A stretch of 64,000 bases of DNA from Fibrobacterales bacterium (GTDB taxonomy: Bacteria; Fibrobacterota; Fibrobacteria; Fibrobacterales; JAOPTW01): positions 64,001 to 128,000 of the forward strand of contig JAOPTW010000016.1 of assembly GCA_051532035.1 (NCBI GenBank), given 5' to 3'. The translations under genes and the position numbers were made by a program. A model generated the notes under the pieces. It was not told where the DNA came from. It worked only from the letters and a program-made list of their open reading frames with translations, and made no database searches. Of the stretch, positions 1-10,856 are shown piece by piece; the first letter of the stretch is position 1, and every line of letters begins with the position of its first letter.

Positions 1-792
1 TCTTATGAGCAACTACTCGCACAAGACTCTCAGAAGAAGAGCAACGAAACCATACTCTACATTCCTCAAGGTAAACGCCTTGGCGACAAAGTGATTAATG
101 TTTCGGGCCTCACTAAAGCCTTTGGCGAAAAACTCCTCTTTGAAAATCTTGAATTTTCACTTCCGCGCTCAGGAATTGTCGGTATTGTTGGGCCCAATGG
201 TGCTGGTAAGACAACACTCCTCAAAATGCTTCTCGGAATGGAAGAGGCAGACTCAGGAACCATAGACGTTGGAGATACGGTTGACATCATCTCTGCTGAT
301 CAAGACCGCGCAGGTCTCAATGATGAAGCAACCGTTTGGGAAGAGATAACCGAAAAAGCACAGGAAGTTGAGCTTGGTGACAGAAAAATGAACAGTAGAG
401 CCTATTGTGGCCTCTTTAATTTTACTGGGACGGATCAACAAAAACCTGTAGGTAAACTCTCTGGTGGAGAACGAAACCGTGTACTCATGGCGAAACTCAT
501 TAAACGTGGTGGTAATGTTCTTGTACTCGATGAACCCACGAATGATCTCGACGTAGAGACACTCCAGTCACTCGAACAAGCTATCCTTAACTTTGCTGGC
601 TGTGTACTCGTTACTTCGCATGATAGATGGTTCCTCAACAGAATTGCAACTCACATTCTCGCCTTTGAAAGTAACTCAGAGGTGAAATGGTTCTCTGGCA
701 CCTACGATGAATATGATGACGATCGTAAAAAACGTCTTGGATCTGATGCAGAGATTCCTCATCGTATTAAATACCGTACTCTTACTCGATAA
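1..792 (+). CDS. ettA: ABC-F translational throttle protein EttA, C-terminal part (5' end outside window)
   Basis: Frame open from base 1 (SYEQLLAQ...IPQGKRLGDKVI). Walker A GPNGAGKT, LSGGERNR, LDEPTNDLD and the C-terminal PHRIKYRTL typical of EttA. Confidence 0.9.
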   Translation, partial: SYEQLLAQDSQKKSNETILYIPQGKRLGDKVINVSGLTKAFGEKLLFENLEFSLPRSGIVGIVGPNGAGKTTLLKMLLGMEEADSGTIDVGDTVDIISADQDRAGLNDEATVWEEITEKAQEVELGDRKMNSRAYCGLFNFTGTDQQKPVGKLSGGERNRVLMAKLIKRGGNVLVLDEPTNDLDVETLQSLEQAILNFAGCVLVTSHDRWFLNRIATHILAFESNSEVKWFSGTYDEYDDDRKKRLGSDAEIPHRIKYRTLTR

Positions 793-813
793 TAGAGTAC
801 AATCCACACATTC

Positions 814-846
814 AAGGCCATCTCATTCGTGAGGTGGCCTTTTTTG
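814..846 (+). terminator. Rho-independent terminator after ettA
   Basis: AAGGCCATCTCA-ttcg-TGAGGTGGCCTT hairpin followed by a T run. Confidence 0.8.
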
Positions 847-894
847 ATTTAATCAACTAACAATTACACCTTTGTACATTAGATAATCACTATA

Positions 895-923
895 TTGACA
901 TGTCGTTATATTATTAGTATATT
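895..923 (+). promoter_or_regulatory. Sigma70-type promoter of the MMPL operon
   Basis: TTGACA-N17-TATATT, about 30 bp upstream of ATG 955. Confidence 0.6.
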
Positions 924-954
924 AGCATTTAATAATACTAACGCGAGCGACATA

Positions 955-3615
955 ATGAAAAAACTAAAAAACACACTAAGCGCCCTTCGGCATTTAGTAA
1001 TAGACTTTTCAATTCAAAAACCAAAAGCAGTCACCGGAATAATGCTGCTCCTCACGACCATTCTCCTTTTATTAGCCGCACTACCCAGCATCGCTCCCGA
1101 AACATTCCCAGGACTCAATGCGCTCAAAGTAGACACTGATCCTGAGAATATGCTCCCTGATAGCGAACCTGCACGTCTGTTTCACAAACAAATGAACAAT
1201 GAATTTAATCTTAATGAATTTGTTGGTATCGGCGTTGTCAATGAAACACACCCGAACGGTATCTATAACAAAAACACTCTTGCTAAAGTAGATCGCCTTA
1301 CTCAATTTGCTAAAAACCTGCAATGGGCCAAGGAAGATGGATCTACGGAAGGGATTGTTGCAATTGATATTATGGCCCCCTCACTTATAGATAACATTAA
1401 ACAAAATGCAGATGGTGGCGTCCAATTTGAACTGTTACTCCCAGGCGCCCCTACAACTGAAGCAGAGGCCCTTACACTCAAGCAAAAAGTAGAAAAACTC
1501 CCCTTTCTTCAAGGATCAATGTTTGCCAACAATGGTAAAGCCCTTGCCCTCATGCTCCCCATGAGTGACAAAAAAGTAGGATACCAAGTGTATCAAAAAC
1601 TTCTTGAAGAAATTAAATCCTACCAGGGTGATGGTGATGTATTTCATATAGCAGGACTCCCTGTCGCAAAAGAGACTTTTGGTGTAGAAATGTTTAGTCA
1701 GATGGCCATTGCGGCCCCCGCATCAATGTTTATCATATTCTTACTCATGCTCTTCTTTTTCAGAAAAGTGAGACTCATTCTCTCACCAATGATCGTCGCT
1801 ATGGTTTCAATAATTATGACAATGGGACTCCTTGTCATCAGTGGAAACACCATCCATATAATGAGTTCAATGATCCCTATTTTTATCATGCCCATTGCGG
1901 TACTGAATGCCGTACACATACTCTCTGATTTTTTTGAAGAGTATCAAAAAGTTGGTGACCGTAAAAAAACCATAGAACTCGTTATGACAAAACTCTTTAG
2001 CCCAATGCTCTTTACTTCACTGACCACTGTAGCAGGGTTTGCATCTCTTGCTCTCACTCCCAATCCTCCCGTACAGGTATTCGGCATTTTTGTTGCTCTC
2101 GGTGTTGGGCTTGCATGGCTTTGGACCATCCTTTTTATTCCTTCGTACATTATGATGATGCCTGAAGACTCCCTCAAAGATTTTGGCACCAGTGAAGATG
2201 CCGCAAATAATAGCCCACTCAATAAAGTCATATCGAAAATTGGTTCTATAGCCTATACCAAAAAAGGTTCTATCATTGTTGCCGTTGTGGTTCTTATAGT
2301 TCTTTCGGTTATTGGTATAAAACAAATTGTTATTAACGACAATCCAACACTATGGTTTGCCTCTGATCACCCACTTCGTATAGCAGATAAAGAACTTAAT
2401 AAACATCTCTCTGGAACCTATTCTGGATATCTTGCCCTTCATCAAAAAACTGAAAGCAGTAACACTACGGCATTTACTTCCGCCCTAAAAAAACAAATTC
2501 CTCAGCACCTCATCACCCCTCTTTTAAAAGAGGTGAAAGGCAAGACGCTTGCAGAATACATTGCCAATAGTGAAACAGCCATTGAGGAAGCACTTGATTC
2601 TGACACCATTGGCGACAGTGATGCTGAGGCACTTGACGAAGCATTCAGTGTTATTGACGCCTTTAAAGGTACATTACAAACTTTTAAAAACCCTGAGGTG
2701 CTCAACTACGTAGTCAACCTCCAAAAACACATTGAAACCGTTGAAGGTGTTGGCAAAGTGAATGGTCTCACTGATCTTGTTCAGACAGTCTACCGAGAAA
2801 TGCATGGCGGCGATTCTAAATACTACAGCATTCCAGAAACTCAAAGTGCTGTTGCTCAGTCACTCACCACCTATCAAAGTAGTCATCGCCCTCAAGACCT
2901 GTGGCATTTTGTAACGCCTGACTACTCTAAAGCAAACCTTTGGGTCCAGCTCCAATCGGGCAACAATACCGACATGCAACGCGTTGTTACTGCAGTCGAT
3001 AGCTATATTGCACAAAACCCACTTCCAGCTGGCCTCGAGCACAACTGGTTTGGCTTAACCTACATCAACCTCATATGGCAAGAGAACATGGTTTCGGGAA
3101 TGCTCAGCGCGTTTATCGGAAGTTTTATCATAGTAATGATCATGATGATTTTTCTCTTTAGGTCATTCTGGTGGGGCATTCTTTCTATGATCCCCCTCAG
3201 TGTAACTATCGTAGCAATCTACGGTATTGTTGGATTCATCGGTAAAGATTTTGATATGCCTGTTGCAGTACTCTCGTCTCTTTCTCTGGGACTGGCTATT
3301 GACTACGCCATCCACTTTATAGTACGCAGTAAACAAATCGCTGCACGTCACGAAAGCTGGGATGACTCCATTGAAGAAATTTTTCAAGAGCCAGCACGTG
3401 CGATTGTTAAAAATGTATTTGTAGTTGGTATTGGGTTTTTACCGCTGCTCCTTTCACCGCTTGTTCCATATAAAACCGTTGGAATTTTCATCGCTTCAAT
3501 TTTGATTTTTGCAGGTGCTGCATCCATCATAATACTCCCCGCCCTTATTACCCTCTTTCAAAAACAGTTATTTAAAAACCACACAGTGAACACACGTTCA
3601 TCAGACAAGCATTAA
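955..3615 (+). CDS. MMPL/RND-family transporter
   Basis: Two repeats of a periplasmic domain plus a TM bundle; GLAIDYAIHF motif. ATG 955 preferred over TTG 895. Confidence 0.85.
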   Translation: MKKLKNTLSALRHLVIDFSIQKPKAVTGIMLLLTTILLLLAALPSIAPETFPGLNALKVDTDPENMLPDSEPARLFHKQMNNEFNLNEFVGIGVVNETHPNGIYNKNTLAKVDRLTQFAKNLQWAKEDGSTEGIVAIDIMAPSLIDNIKQNADGGVQFELLLPGAPTTEAEALTLKQKVEKLPFLQGSMFANNGKALALMLPMSDKKVGYQVYQKLLEEIKSYQGDGDVFHIAGLPVAKETFGVEMFSQMAIAAPASMFIIFLLMLFFFRKVRLILSPMIVAMVSIIMTMGLLVISGNTIHIMSSMIPIFIMPIAVLNAVHILSDFFEEYQKVGDRKKTIELVMTKLFSPMLFTSLTTVAGFASLALTPNPPVQVFGIFVALGVGLAWLWTILFIPSYIMMMPEDSLKDFGTSEDAANNSPLNKVISKIGSIAYTKKGSIIVAVVVLIVLSVIGIKQIVINDNPTLWFASDHPLRIADKELNKHLSGTYSGYLALHQKTESSNTTAFTSALKKQIPQHLITPLLKEVKGKTLAEYIANSETAIEEALDSDTIGDSDAEALDEAFSVIDAFKGTLQTFKNPEVLNYVVNLQKHIETVEGVGKVNGLTDLVQTVYREMHGGDSKYYSIPETQSAVAQSLTTYQSSHRPQDLWHFVTPDYSKANLWVQLQSGNNTDMQRVVTAVDSYIAQNPLPAGLEHNWFGLTYINLIWQENMVSGMLSAFIGSFIIVMIMMIFLFRSFWWGILSMIPLSVTIVAIYGIVGFIGKDFDMPVAVLSSLSLGLAIDYAIHFIVRSKQIAARHESWDDSIEEIFQEPARAIVKNVFVVGIGFLPLLLSPLVPYKTVGIFIASILIFAGAASIIILPALITLFQKQLFKNHTVNTRSSDKH

Positions 3616-3631
3616 TAAAAAGGACAATATA

Positions 3632-4429
3632 ATGAAACAGCTTATTAAAACAACTGTAGTAGCTCTTACCTTTTTAACGGGGTCACTCTTTGCAGAGTCA
3701 GCCCTTGACGTAACAGATATTATTACCAAAGCAAATAACACGTCTTACTACGCCGGCAATGATGGTAGAGCAAAAGTAACCATGACCATTAAGGATGATC
3801 AAGGCCGCAAACGAAAACGAAGCTTTACTATTCTTCGCAAAGACATCGGCACGACCGATGGCGAACAGAAGTTTTATGTCTTTTTTCGTAGACCTTCAGA
3901 CATCAAGAATATGGCCTTTCTTGTATACAAACATATGAACCGTGATGATGACCGTTGGCTCTACCTCCCATCGATGGACCTGGTAAAACGAATTGCAGGA
4001 AGTGACAAACGTACCAGCTTTGTTGGTTCAAGCTTCTTTTACGAAGATGTCTCAGGGAGAGGTCCCACCCTTGATACGCATACTCTTGAAAAAACAACCG
4101 CGACACACTATGTCGTTAAGAACATACCCAAAGTTCCTCGTTCTGTTGAGTTTTCAGAGTACACTGTCTGGATTAATAAAACAACTTTTGTTCCAGAAAA
4201 AATTGAGTACCTCGATAAAAAAGGAGTTCTTTATAGAAGTTATCGTGCACTCAAAACTAAGGTAGTACAAGGACACCCTACGGTAACGGTGGCAGTAATG
4301 AAAGATCACAACACTGGGGTAGAGACACTCAACAAATACACCAAAGTGGAGTACGATGTCGGCATTGATGAGTCTATTTTCACTGAACGCTTCCTTAGAA
4401 AACCACCACAACAATTGTTAAAATTTTAG
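3632..4429 (+). CDS. Outer-membrane lipoprotein-sorting (LolA-like) protein
   Basis: Signal peptide; DDRWLYLP..VKRIAGSDKRTSFVGSSFFYED motif. Confidence 0.8.
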   Translation: MKQLIKTTVVALTFLTGSLFAESALDVTDIITKANNTSYYAGNDGRAKVTMTIKDDQGRKRKRSFTILRKDIGTTDGEQKFYVFFRRPSDIKNMAFLVYKHMNRDDDRWLYLPSMDLVKRIAGSDKRTSFVGSSFFYEDVSGRGPTLDTHTLEKTTATHYVVKNIPKVPRSVEFSEYTVWINKTTFVPEKIEYLDKKGVLYRSYRALKTKVVQGHPTVTVAVMKDHNTGVETLNKYTKVEYDVGIDESIFTERFLRKPPQQLLKF

Positions 4430-4438
4430 AGGCACCTT

Positions 4439-5803
4439 ATGAAAAAACTATTGATACTTATAACCTCCTTCACTGCCCTACTCTTTGCAATAGAGGGTGG
4501 CGACACCAAGAACGCTGACTCTTTTGATTCATATGACCTCTCAGGTTTTGAAGATGAGATGGATGACGCTGATGGAGCATTCGATGAAGAGGAAGAAGAG
4601 TCATCCTCACTACTCTCCTATGAGGGATACATGGATGGACGCATTGGATCACGAATCTATTCAGGTAAAGACAACGACCAACTCACCCTTCTAGAGCTCA
4701 GGTTACGGACCGCCCTTCAGGCTGACTTTAACCATGTAAACCTCAAAGTTGTACTTGACCTACTCTACGACCCAATCGAACATCCAGACACTGTAGATTT
4801 TTATCAAGGAAATGGTTGGATCGATCTTAGAGAAGCACATATTGGAACAGCCCTGGGCAACCTTGACTTTCGTGTAGGACGCCAAGCGGTTACCTGGGGA
4901 ACCGGTGACATGCTCTTTATTAATGATCTCTTTCCTAAAGATTGGAAGTCATTTTTCATTGGGCGCGATCAAGAATTTCTTAAAGCACCCCTCGATGGTA
5001 TAAAAAGTTCATTCTATACTCCGTACTTTTCGCTCGACGTTGTATGGACGCCTTTTTTGGCATCAGACCGATACCTTGACGGTAATCGAATGAGTTTCTT
5101 TGGCCCATCAGGCCAAGTAACGGGCAAAACCTTTGAATTTGATGCGGATAAGCGGGATTCTTTTGGCGATCATTCCGAATATGCTCTGCGTCTCCATACT
5201 ACTGTTGGCCGCTACACTGCAGCGTTTTATGGCTATCACGGCTTTTGGAAAAGTCCGAGTGGCATGACCATGACCGGGAATTTTTATTACCCTGAACTAC
5301 AAGTCTATGGCGCGTCACTACAAGGACCACTTTTTGGGGGCCTCGCCAACGCAGAGTTTGGTCACTACCATTCTAAAGAGGACGTGGCTGGGTTAAGCCC
5401 AATGATTCCAAACTCTGAAATCCGCTCCCTTGTTGGATATGAACGAGAAGTGTTTTTAAATATAATGGCAAGCGCCCAATATTACGTTGAGTATATGCTT
5501 GAGTACGATCAGTACACTCAATCCCTTTTCCCCGGCATGTATGCCAAGGAAGAGTATCGTGATCTCATTACACTTAGGCTAACCAAACAGTTCCTCATGC
5601 AGACACTCACCTATTCACTCTTTGGGTATTATTCACCTGTTGATACAGATGGGTATATTAAAACCTCACTTGCATACAAGGTATCAGACACCATCCAGAT
5701 CGATGCAGGGGCCAACATCTTTAGTGGCACCAATGAGTATTCATTTTGGGGACAATTCGAATCAAACTCCAATGTATATGCAGGAGTTAAGTACCGCTTT
5801 TAA
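4439..5803 (+). CDS. Outer-membrane beta-barrel protein (DUF1302-like)
   Basis: Signal peptide, LREA...GRQAVTWGTGD motif, C-terminal KYRF; usual partner of the two upstream genes. Confidence 0.7.
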   Translation: MKKLLILITSFTALLFAIEGGDTKNADSFDSYDLSGFEDEMDDADGAFDEEEEESSSLLSYEGYMDGRIGSRIYSGKDNDQLTLLELRLRTALQADFNHVNLKVVLDLLYDPIEHPDTVDFYQGNGWIDLREAHIGTALGNLDFRVGRQAVTWGTGDMLFINDLFPKDWKSFFIGRDQEFLKAPLDGIKSSFYTPYFSLDVVWTPFLASDRYLDGNRMSFFGPSGQVTGKTFEFDADKRDSFGDHSEYALRLHTTVGRYTAAFYGYHGFWKSPSGMTMTGNFYYPELQVYGASLQGPLFGGLANAEFGHYHSKEDVAGLSPMIPNSEIRSLVGYEREVFLNIMASAQYYVEYMLEYDQYTQSLFPGMYAKEEYRDLITLRLTKQFLMQTLTYSLFGYYSPVDTDGYIKTSLAYKVSDTIQIDAGANIFSGTNEYSFWGQFESNSNVYAGVKYRF

Positions 5804-6129
5804 TACACTGTTACCACCTTCTGCCCTACTATTCAGTATAAGTAGGCTGAAGGTAGTGATGTATCTCAAATAAAGCAACGCCTTTTACCCAAGCAATACC
5901 CATACTTTTAATTGGGCACAAAAAAAATCCACTACGCACACATTTAACTATTAAACACTTTAAACATAAGAACCCCCGCCTCTTCGTAGACATTTATTTA
6001 AAGGGCAAAGCCGACGCAACACACCCGAACATTATTCTAAAAAACGTAAACACATTATTTACACCTTGTAAGATCTAATTAGGATATCTTCTCCTTAATG
6101 TAAAGTACACATAAAGAATCACATAAGAC

Positions 6130-9045
6130 ATGAAACTCTATGCGTTTTCGTGTCTTGCCATAAATGGAGAAACCTTGAAACAATTATCCTTAACCATCAT
6201 GCTCGCGACTATAATTACCCTTTTCTTCCCTGAAACTGGTGTCGCCAAGACACTCGATGATCAAATTAATGAACTCGTCGAGCAAATGGATCTTGGAGCT
6301 CGTGTAGAGCAGCTGACCAACAATGGCAATATGACTACTGGTCGAGATGACACTTGGGGTATTCCTGGATTCACTATGAATGATGGACCACACGGAGTTC
6401 GAGCCGATGAACTCCCTTGGATAGAATCTTCCACCTCATTTCCTCTAGCAATAGGGATGGCGGCAACATGGGATAGAGCCCTGTGGTTTGATATCGGCAA
6501 TGCCATGGGAGAGGAGTTCCATGGATATAATGTTAATGTTCAACTGGGCCCTGTTATCGACCTCGCACATAATCCCCAAAATGGTCGTGCCGCGGAAACC
6601 GCAAGTGAAGACCCGTTCCTCGCAGGTGAATATGGAATTGCCATTACCCGTGGAATCCAGTCTAACCCAGTAATGGCCACCATTAAACATTACTCTGCAG
6701 TCAATCGACAAAATTATCGTCATGAGAGTGACATCAAAATGCACGAACAGGATATGCTCGATCATTTTGGCTATCACTACAGAAGATCGATTCAAGAGGG
6801 GGGCGCCTTAGCAATTATGTCTTCATACAACTCGGTCAACAATGTGCACGCCTCTCACAATGGCCTGCTTATTAATGATATTCTTAAAAGCAGATGGGGA
6901 TACCCATTCTTCGTCATGTCTGATTGGTGGTCAATTCATGATACTCGAGAAGCCATCAATGCCGGCAATGACCTTTGTATGGGTTCTCCTCATTTTAGAG
7001 ACAACCTCTATAGCTTAGTCAATAGCAATCAAGTAAGCTGGGAGACACTCAATAGTTCAGTGCATAGAGTAATAAAAGCAAAAATGCTTGCAGGCCTTTT
7101 TGATGAAGGCTTCCCCGAAGGCGACCCAACCCAGCCCAACAGTAAGGAACACCAAGAACTTGCTCTTCTTGCCGATCAAAAAGCGATGATACTCCTTAAG
7201 AACACCGACAACATTCTTCCCCTTCCCAAAAACAAAAAAATTGCCCTCATTGGCCCAAGTGTTGATGTACCACGAAATAACATTTCTGGATCGGGCTATG
7301 TATTTGCTCCGTATACCGTTACTCCCCTCCAAGGCATAACTGACATCATAGGCGAAGAAAACGTAACCTTTGCCAAAGGTGTGGATATATATCAAGGCAA
7401 TACTGATGGTTTTGATGAAGCAAAAAACATCGCCAAAGACGCCGACTATGTTGTTTATATCGGTGGACTGAGTGAAGATATTGAAGGCGAAAAAGGGGAC
7501 GTCTGGGCAGGTGACCGCCATACTGAATATTATGATTTACCCGAGAAACAACGCTGGCTTATCAATGAACTTGCTGAAGTAAACAAAAATATTATCGTCA
7601 TAACATTAAGTGGCGGCATTGTGGGTGTTAATGATTTTGTCGACAACATTAAGGGCCTCTTTCATATGTTCTATACTGGCCAAGAAGGGGGCAATGCTAT
7701 TGCGAGTGTACTCTTTGGTGATTACAACCCCGCAGGTCGCATGCCTGTATCGATGCCCACCACAGAAGATCAAATGCCTGCCTGGGACGATGACTTTACC
7801 AATGATTTTCACGATGGATATCGGTGGTATGACGAAACAGGTAAAGCCCTACAGTATGCTTTTGGCCACGGACTCAGCTACACTACTTTCTCATATGACA
7901 ACCTTACGATTTCACCAGCCAGTCCATCTATCGGTGACAGTGTCCATGTTACTTTCGATGTAACCAATACTGGTGACCTTGATGGCGAAGAAGTGGTACA
8001 ACTCTACCTTTCAAACCATGGCAGTGCCGTGTGGCACCCCAAAAAAGAGCTCAAACATTTTAAACGAATTGCAATTGCATCTGGAGAAACGAAACAGGTT
8101 ACACTCTCACTCGATGCAGAAACCTTCTACTATTATGACATGGCAAAAAAACACTATGCTATAGAAACGACTGACTACGACATTCACGTGGGAGGAGCCT
8201 CAGATGCCCTTCCGCTCACACAAAAAATAAGTATACAGAGCTCAGGTGATAAAAGTGATCTCCGACCAGTTACTCTCTATACTTACCCTCGCTTTCCCAA
8301 AGAAGGTGAATCAGTTCAATTTTTAGCAACAGTTAAAAATTACGGAACAGCCCCAACCAAAAGCGCTAACATTACCGTCAAATGGAATATCAATAACGAA
8401 ACCGTTGCTCTTGCACCAGTATTTGATGGAGACATTCTTCCCGGTCAAATGCGTTTAATAAGTAGTGACCCAGATCTCGTATCTCAGCCATGGACCTATT
8501 CTGCGAGCCCATCCCTTGCAATTACCGTCATTGTAGATTCAGAAGAAAAAGAGGCTGAATTTGATGAGGAGAATAATACACGCACCTATCTCCTTCCCAA
8601 GCCAGGATATTATGAGCCAGAAGTGTTTATTCCAGAAAGTTCCTCTGAAGAAGTATCATCAGAAGAGCCCGAATCAAGCAGCCACAATAGTAGTGCAATA
8701 GATGTCTCAAGTAGTGATGAGTCCTCATCAATACATGAAGTTGAGAGTTCAGATAGTGAACCAGAAGAATCCCTGTCGAGTAGTGATGAAGATACCTCGC
8801 CCGTAATGAGTACGACACCGTCTCTCTCTTGGAGTACTGAGATTAACAACAATATTTTATCAATCTCACTCGGAGCTCCAGTACCATTGGGCACTATTAC
8901 GATCTACTCTATTCATGGGGTCAAACATACAAGTATTTCCATAGTGCAACACTCTGCTATTGACATTACCAGCCTCCCCAAGGGTGCATACCTCATAGCC
9001 CTCACCTCAGGTACTGAGGAACATTCAAGAGTAGTATCCAAATAG
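6130..9045 (+). CDS. Secreted GH3 beta-glucosidase/xylosidase with Fn3-like and CARDB-like domains, Ser/Glu linker and T9SS-like C-terminal domain
   Basis: DGPHGVR, KHY, VMSDW nucleophile, FGHGLSYTTF and GEEVVQLY motifs; C-terminal ITIYSIHG...LPKGAYLI. Confidence 0.9.
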   Translation: MKLYAFSCLAINGETLKQLSLTIMLATIITLFFPETGVAKTLDDQINELVEQMDLGARVEQLTNNGNMTTGRDDTWGIPGFTMNDGPHGVRADELPWIESSTSFPLAIGMAATWDRALWFDIGNAMGEEFHGYNVNVQLGPVIDLAHNPQNGRAAETASEDPFLAGEYGIAITRGIQSNPVMATIKHYSAVNRQNYRHESDIKMHEQDMLDHFGYHYRRSIQEGGALAIMSSYNSVNNVHASHNGLLINDILKSRWGYPFFVMSDWWSIHDTREAINAGNDLCMGSPHFRDNLYSLVNSNQVSWETLNSSVHRVIKAKMLAGLFDEGFPEGDPTQPNSKEHQELALLADQKAMILLKNTDNILPLPKNKKIALIGPSVDVPRNNISGSGYVFAPYTVTPLQGITDIIGEENVTFAKGVDIYQGNTDGFDEAKNIAKDADYVVYIGGLSEDIEGEKGDVWAGDRHTEYYDLPEKQRWLINELAEVNKNIIVITLSGGIVGVNDFVDNIKGLFHMFYTGQEGGNAIASVLFGDYNPAGRMPVSMPTTEDQMPAWDDDFTNDFHDGYRWYDETGKALQYAFGHGLSYTTFSYDNLTISPASPSIGDSVHVTFDVTNTGDLDGEEVVQLYLSNHGSAVWHPKKELKHFKRIAIASGETKQVTLSLDAETFYYYDMAKKHYAIETTDYDIHVGGASDALPLTQKISIQSSGDKSDLRPVTLYTYPRFPKEGESVQFLATVKNYGTAPTKSANITVKWNINNETVALAPVFDGDILPGQMRLISSDPDLVSQPWTYSASPSLAITVIVDSEEKEAEFDEENNTRTYLLPKPGYYEPEVFIPESSSEEVSSEEPESSSHNSSAIDVSSSDESSSIHEVESSDSEPEESLSSSDEDTSPVMSTTPSLSWSTEINNNILSISLGAPVPLGTITIYSIHGVKHTSISIVQHSAIDITSLPKGAYLIALTSGTEEHSRVVSK

Positions 9046-9236
9046 ATAGTACAACCTGCGGTAGTGTTCTATACACTCCCGCATTATTCAATCCTAGGAG
9101 TACACACTCCATGGCAGAGAGCACAATTATTTTTGTTCTCAAGTTGAGAGCAGAAATTTCAACAAACCTAAGTCACGTTTACAACTTTGTAAAATAAAAT
9201 CTATACTCTAAGTACACTACTATTCTTGAGGATACT

Positions 9237-9746
9237 ATGAGTCGGTCTTTTACTACTGTATTTTTAACCAAAACAAATAAAATCATTCTCTCCCTTTTTA
9301 GTTTCCTATGGGTACTTAATGGCTGTCTTTCACAAAATTCAGAAGCTGTCCCTGTATACGGCGTTCAAGAGCCTGATTCAAGTGATGATACATCTTCAGA
9401 AGAGAGCTCAGCGGAAAACTCAAGTGAAACCCATATCAGTTCATTAGACTTCAGCTCATGTGACTGTGCCCCCGAGTATGGCGTTCCCTACTCTGAATAT
9501 GACATTTCAAGTGAAGAAGACTCATCGAGTGAAAAGAGGTCATCAAGTTCACTCATACTTGAGTCATCAAGCAGCTTGTTTATGGTACCACTCTATGGTA
9601 TCCCCGTTTCTCTTGACAGCCAAGACCTTTCCAGTGATGCATCATCCAGCAGCAGCGAGATGATGGCTCCCGAATATGGCGTCCCCTTCTCCGAAAACCT
9701 CGATGTCCCAGTATATGGTATTCCGACTCCAGAGGATAGAGACTAA
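9237..9746 (+). CDS. Lipoprotein precursor with five PxYG(V/I) motifs, putative radical SAM substrate
   Basis: Lipobox-like LNGC; motifs VPVYGV, APEYGVP, VPLYGIP, APEYGVP and VPVYGIP separated by Ser/Asp/Glu spacers; 2 bp from the rSAM gene. Confidence 0.75.
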   Translation: MSRSFTTVFLTKTNKIILSLFSFLWVLNGCLSQNSEAVPVYGVQEPDSSDDTSSEESSAENSSETHISSLDFSSCDCAPEYGVPYSEYDISSEEDSSSEKRSSSSLILESSSSLFMVPLYGIPVSLDSQDLSSDASSSSSEMMAPEYGVPFSENLDVPVYGIPTPEDRD

Positions 9747-9748
9747 CT

Positions 9749-10828
9749 ATGACTACGATACCTTTAAGAAAAAAAGCAGCACTCACCCTCTATCGAGCTC
9801 ACAAGGCTATTGCCCATAAACAGCACAAACTCAACTACCTCTTCTGGGAGTGTACCCTCCGGTGCAATATTAACTGTATTCACTGTGGTTCTGATTGTAC
9901 TAAAGATTCGGGTACAGCCGATATGCCCAAAGAAGATTTCCTCAAAGCAATCGACTCCATTGCCCCTCATGTTGAACCCAATAAAACAATCATTGCTATT
10001 ACCGGTGGTGAGCCCCTTATGCGTAAAGATCTCGCAGAAGTGGGAATGGAACTCAACAAACGAGGATTCCCATGGGGAATGGTTACGAATGGGTGGGCAA
10101 TGACCCCTGAAAAGTTCCGTGAGCTCTTAGCGGCGGGGCTCAGATCAATGACTATTAGCCTCGATGGAATGGAGCATAATCACGACCTTTTTCGCGGCCG
10201 TAAAAACTCCTTCTGCCGAGCAATTGGTACTATTCAAATGGCTGCATCTGTCCCCCGGCTCACTTATGATGTCATGACTTGTGTAAATCAGAAAAACCTG
10301 AGTGAACTTGAGACTATTAAAGAGATGCTCATCGGCTTTGGAGTTAAACGGTGGCGGGTCACCTGCGTTTTTCCCAAAGGTCGGGCCAAAGAATATCCAT
10401 TTTTAAAACTCTGTAATAGTGAAATGCAACAGCTTGTCACCTTTATCCAAGACACCCGTAAAGAAGGAAAGATTCTCGTCGACTACGGCTGTGAAGGCTT
10501 TTTTGGAAAATACGAAGGAGAAGTGCGCAACTACCCATTCTTTTGTCGTGCAGGGGTATCCATTGGCTCAATCTTGGTTGATGGTTCAATTTCTGCGTGC
10601 CCAAGTCTTAGAGCAGACTACATACAAGGAAATATCTATAACGATGACTTTATGGATGTCTGGCAGAATAAGTTTCAGATTATGCGCGATCGCTCTTGGG
10701 CCAAAACCGGCAAATGTACTGATTGTAAGTCTTGGAAGTATTGTCAGGGCAATGGCCTACATCTCCGTGACGAGACCAGTGGTGAACTTTTAAAATGCCA
10801 TTTGGATGATCTTGGCCTCTACGAGTAA
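9749..10828 (+). CDS. Radical SAM/SPASM peptide maturase (rSAM/lipoprotein system, splicease-like)
   Basis: WECTLRCNINCIHCGS CxxxCxxC; SPASM cysteines CRAG...ISACP...CTDC...YCQGNG. Confidence 0.85.
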   Translation: MTTIPLRKKAALTLYRAHKAIAHKQHKLNYLFWECTLRCNINCIHCGSDCTKDSGTADMPKEDFLKAIDSIAPHVEPNKTIIAITGGEPLMRKDLAEVGMELNKRGFPWGMVTNGWAMTPEKFRELLAAGLRSMTISLDGMEHNHDLFRGRKNSFCRAIGTIQMAASVPRLTYDVMTCVNQKNLSELETIKEMLIGFGVKRWRVTCVFPKGRAKEYPFLKLCNSEMQQLVTFIQDTRKEGKILVDYGCEGFFGKYEGEVRNYPFFCRAGVSIGSILVDGSISACPSLRADYIQGNIYNDDFMDVWQNKFQIMRDRSWAKTGKCTDCKSWKYCQGNGLHLRDETSGELLKCHLDDLGLYE

Positions 10829-10856
10829 ACTATAGAACTTCTGTAGGAACGTCATG

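Noticed and set aside
8630..9660. Ser-rich tracts as DNA tandem repeats
   Set aside because: These are low-complexity protein linkers with mixed codons, not nucleotide repeats.
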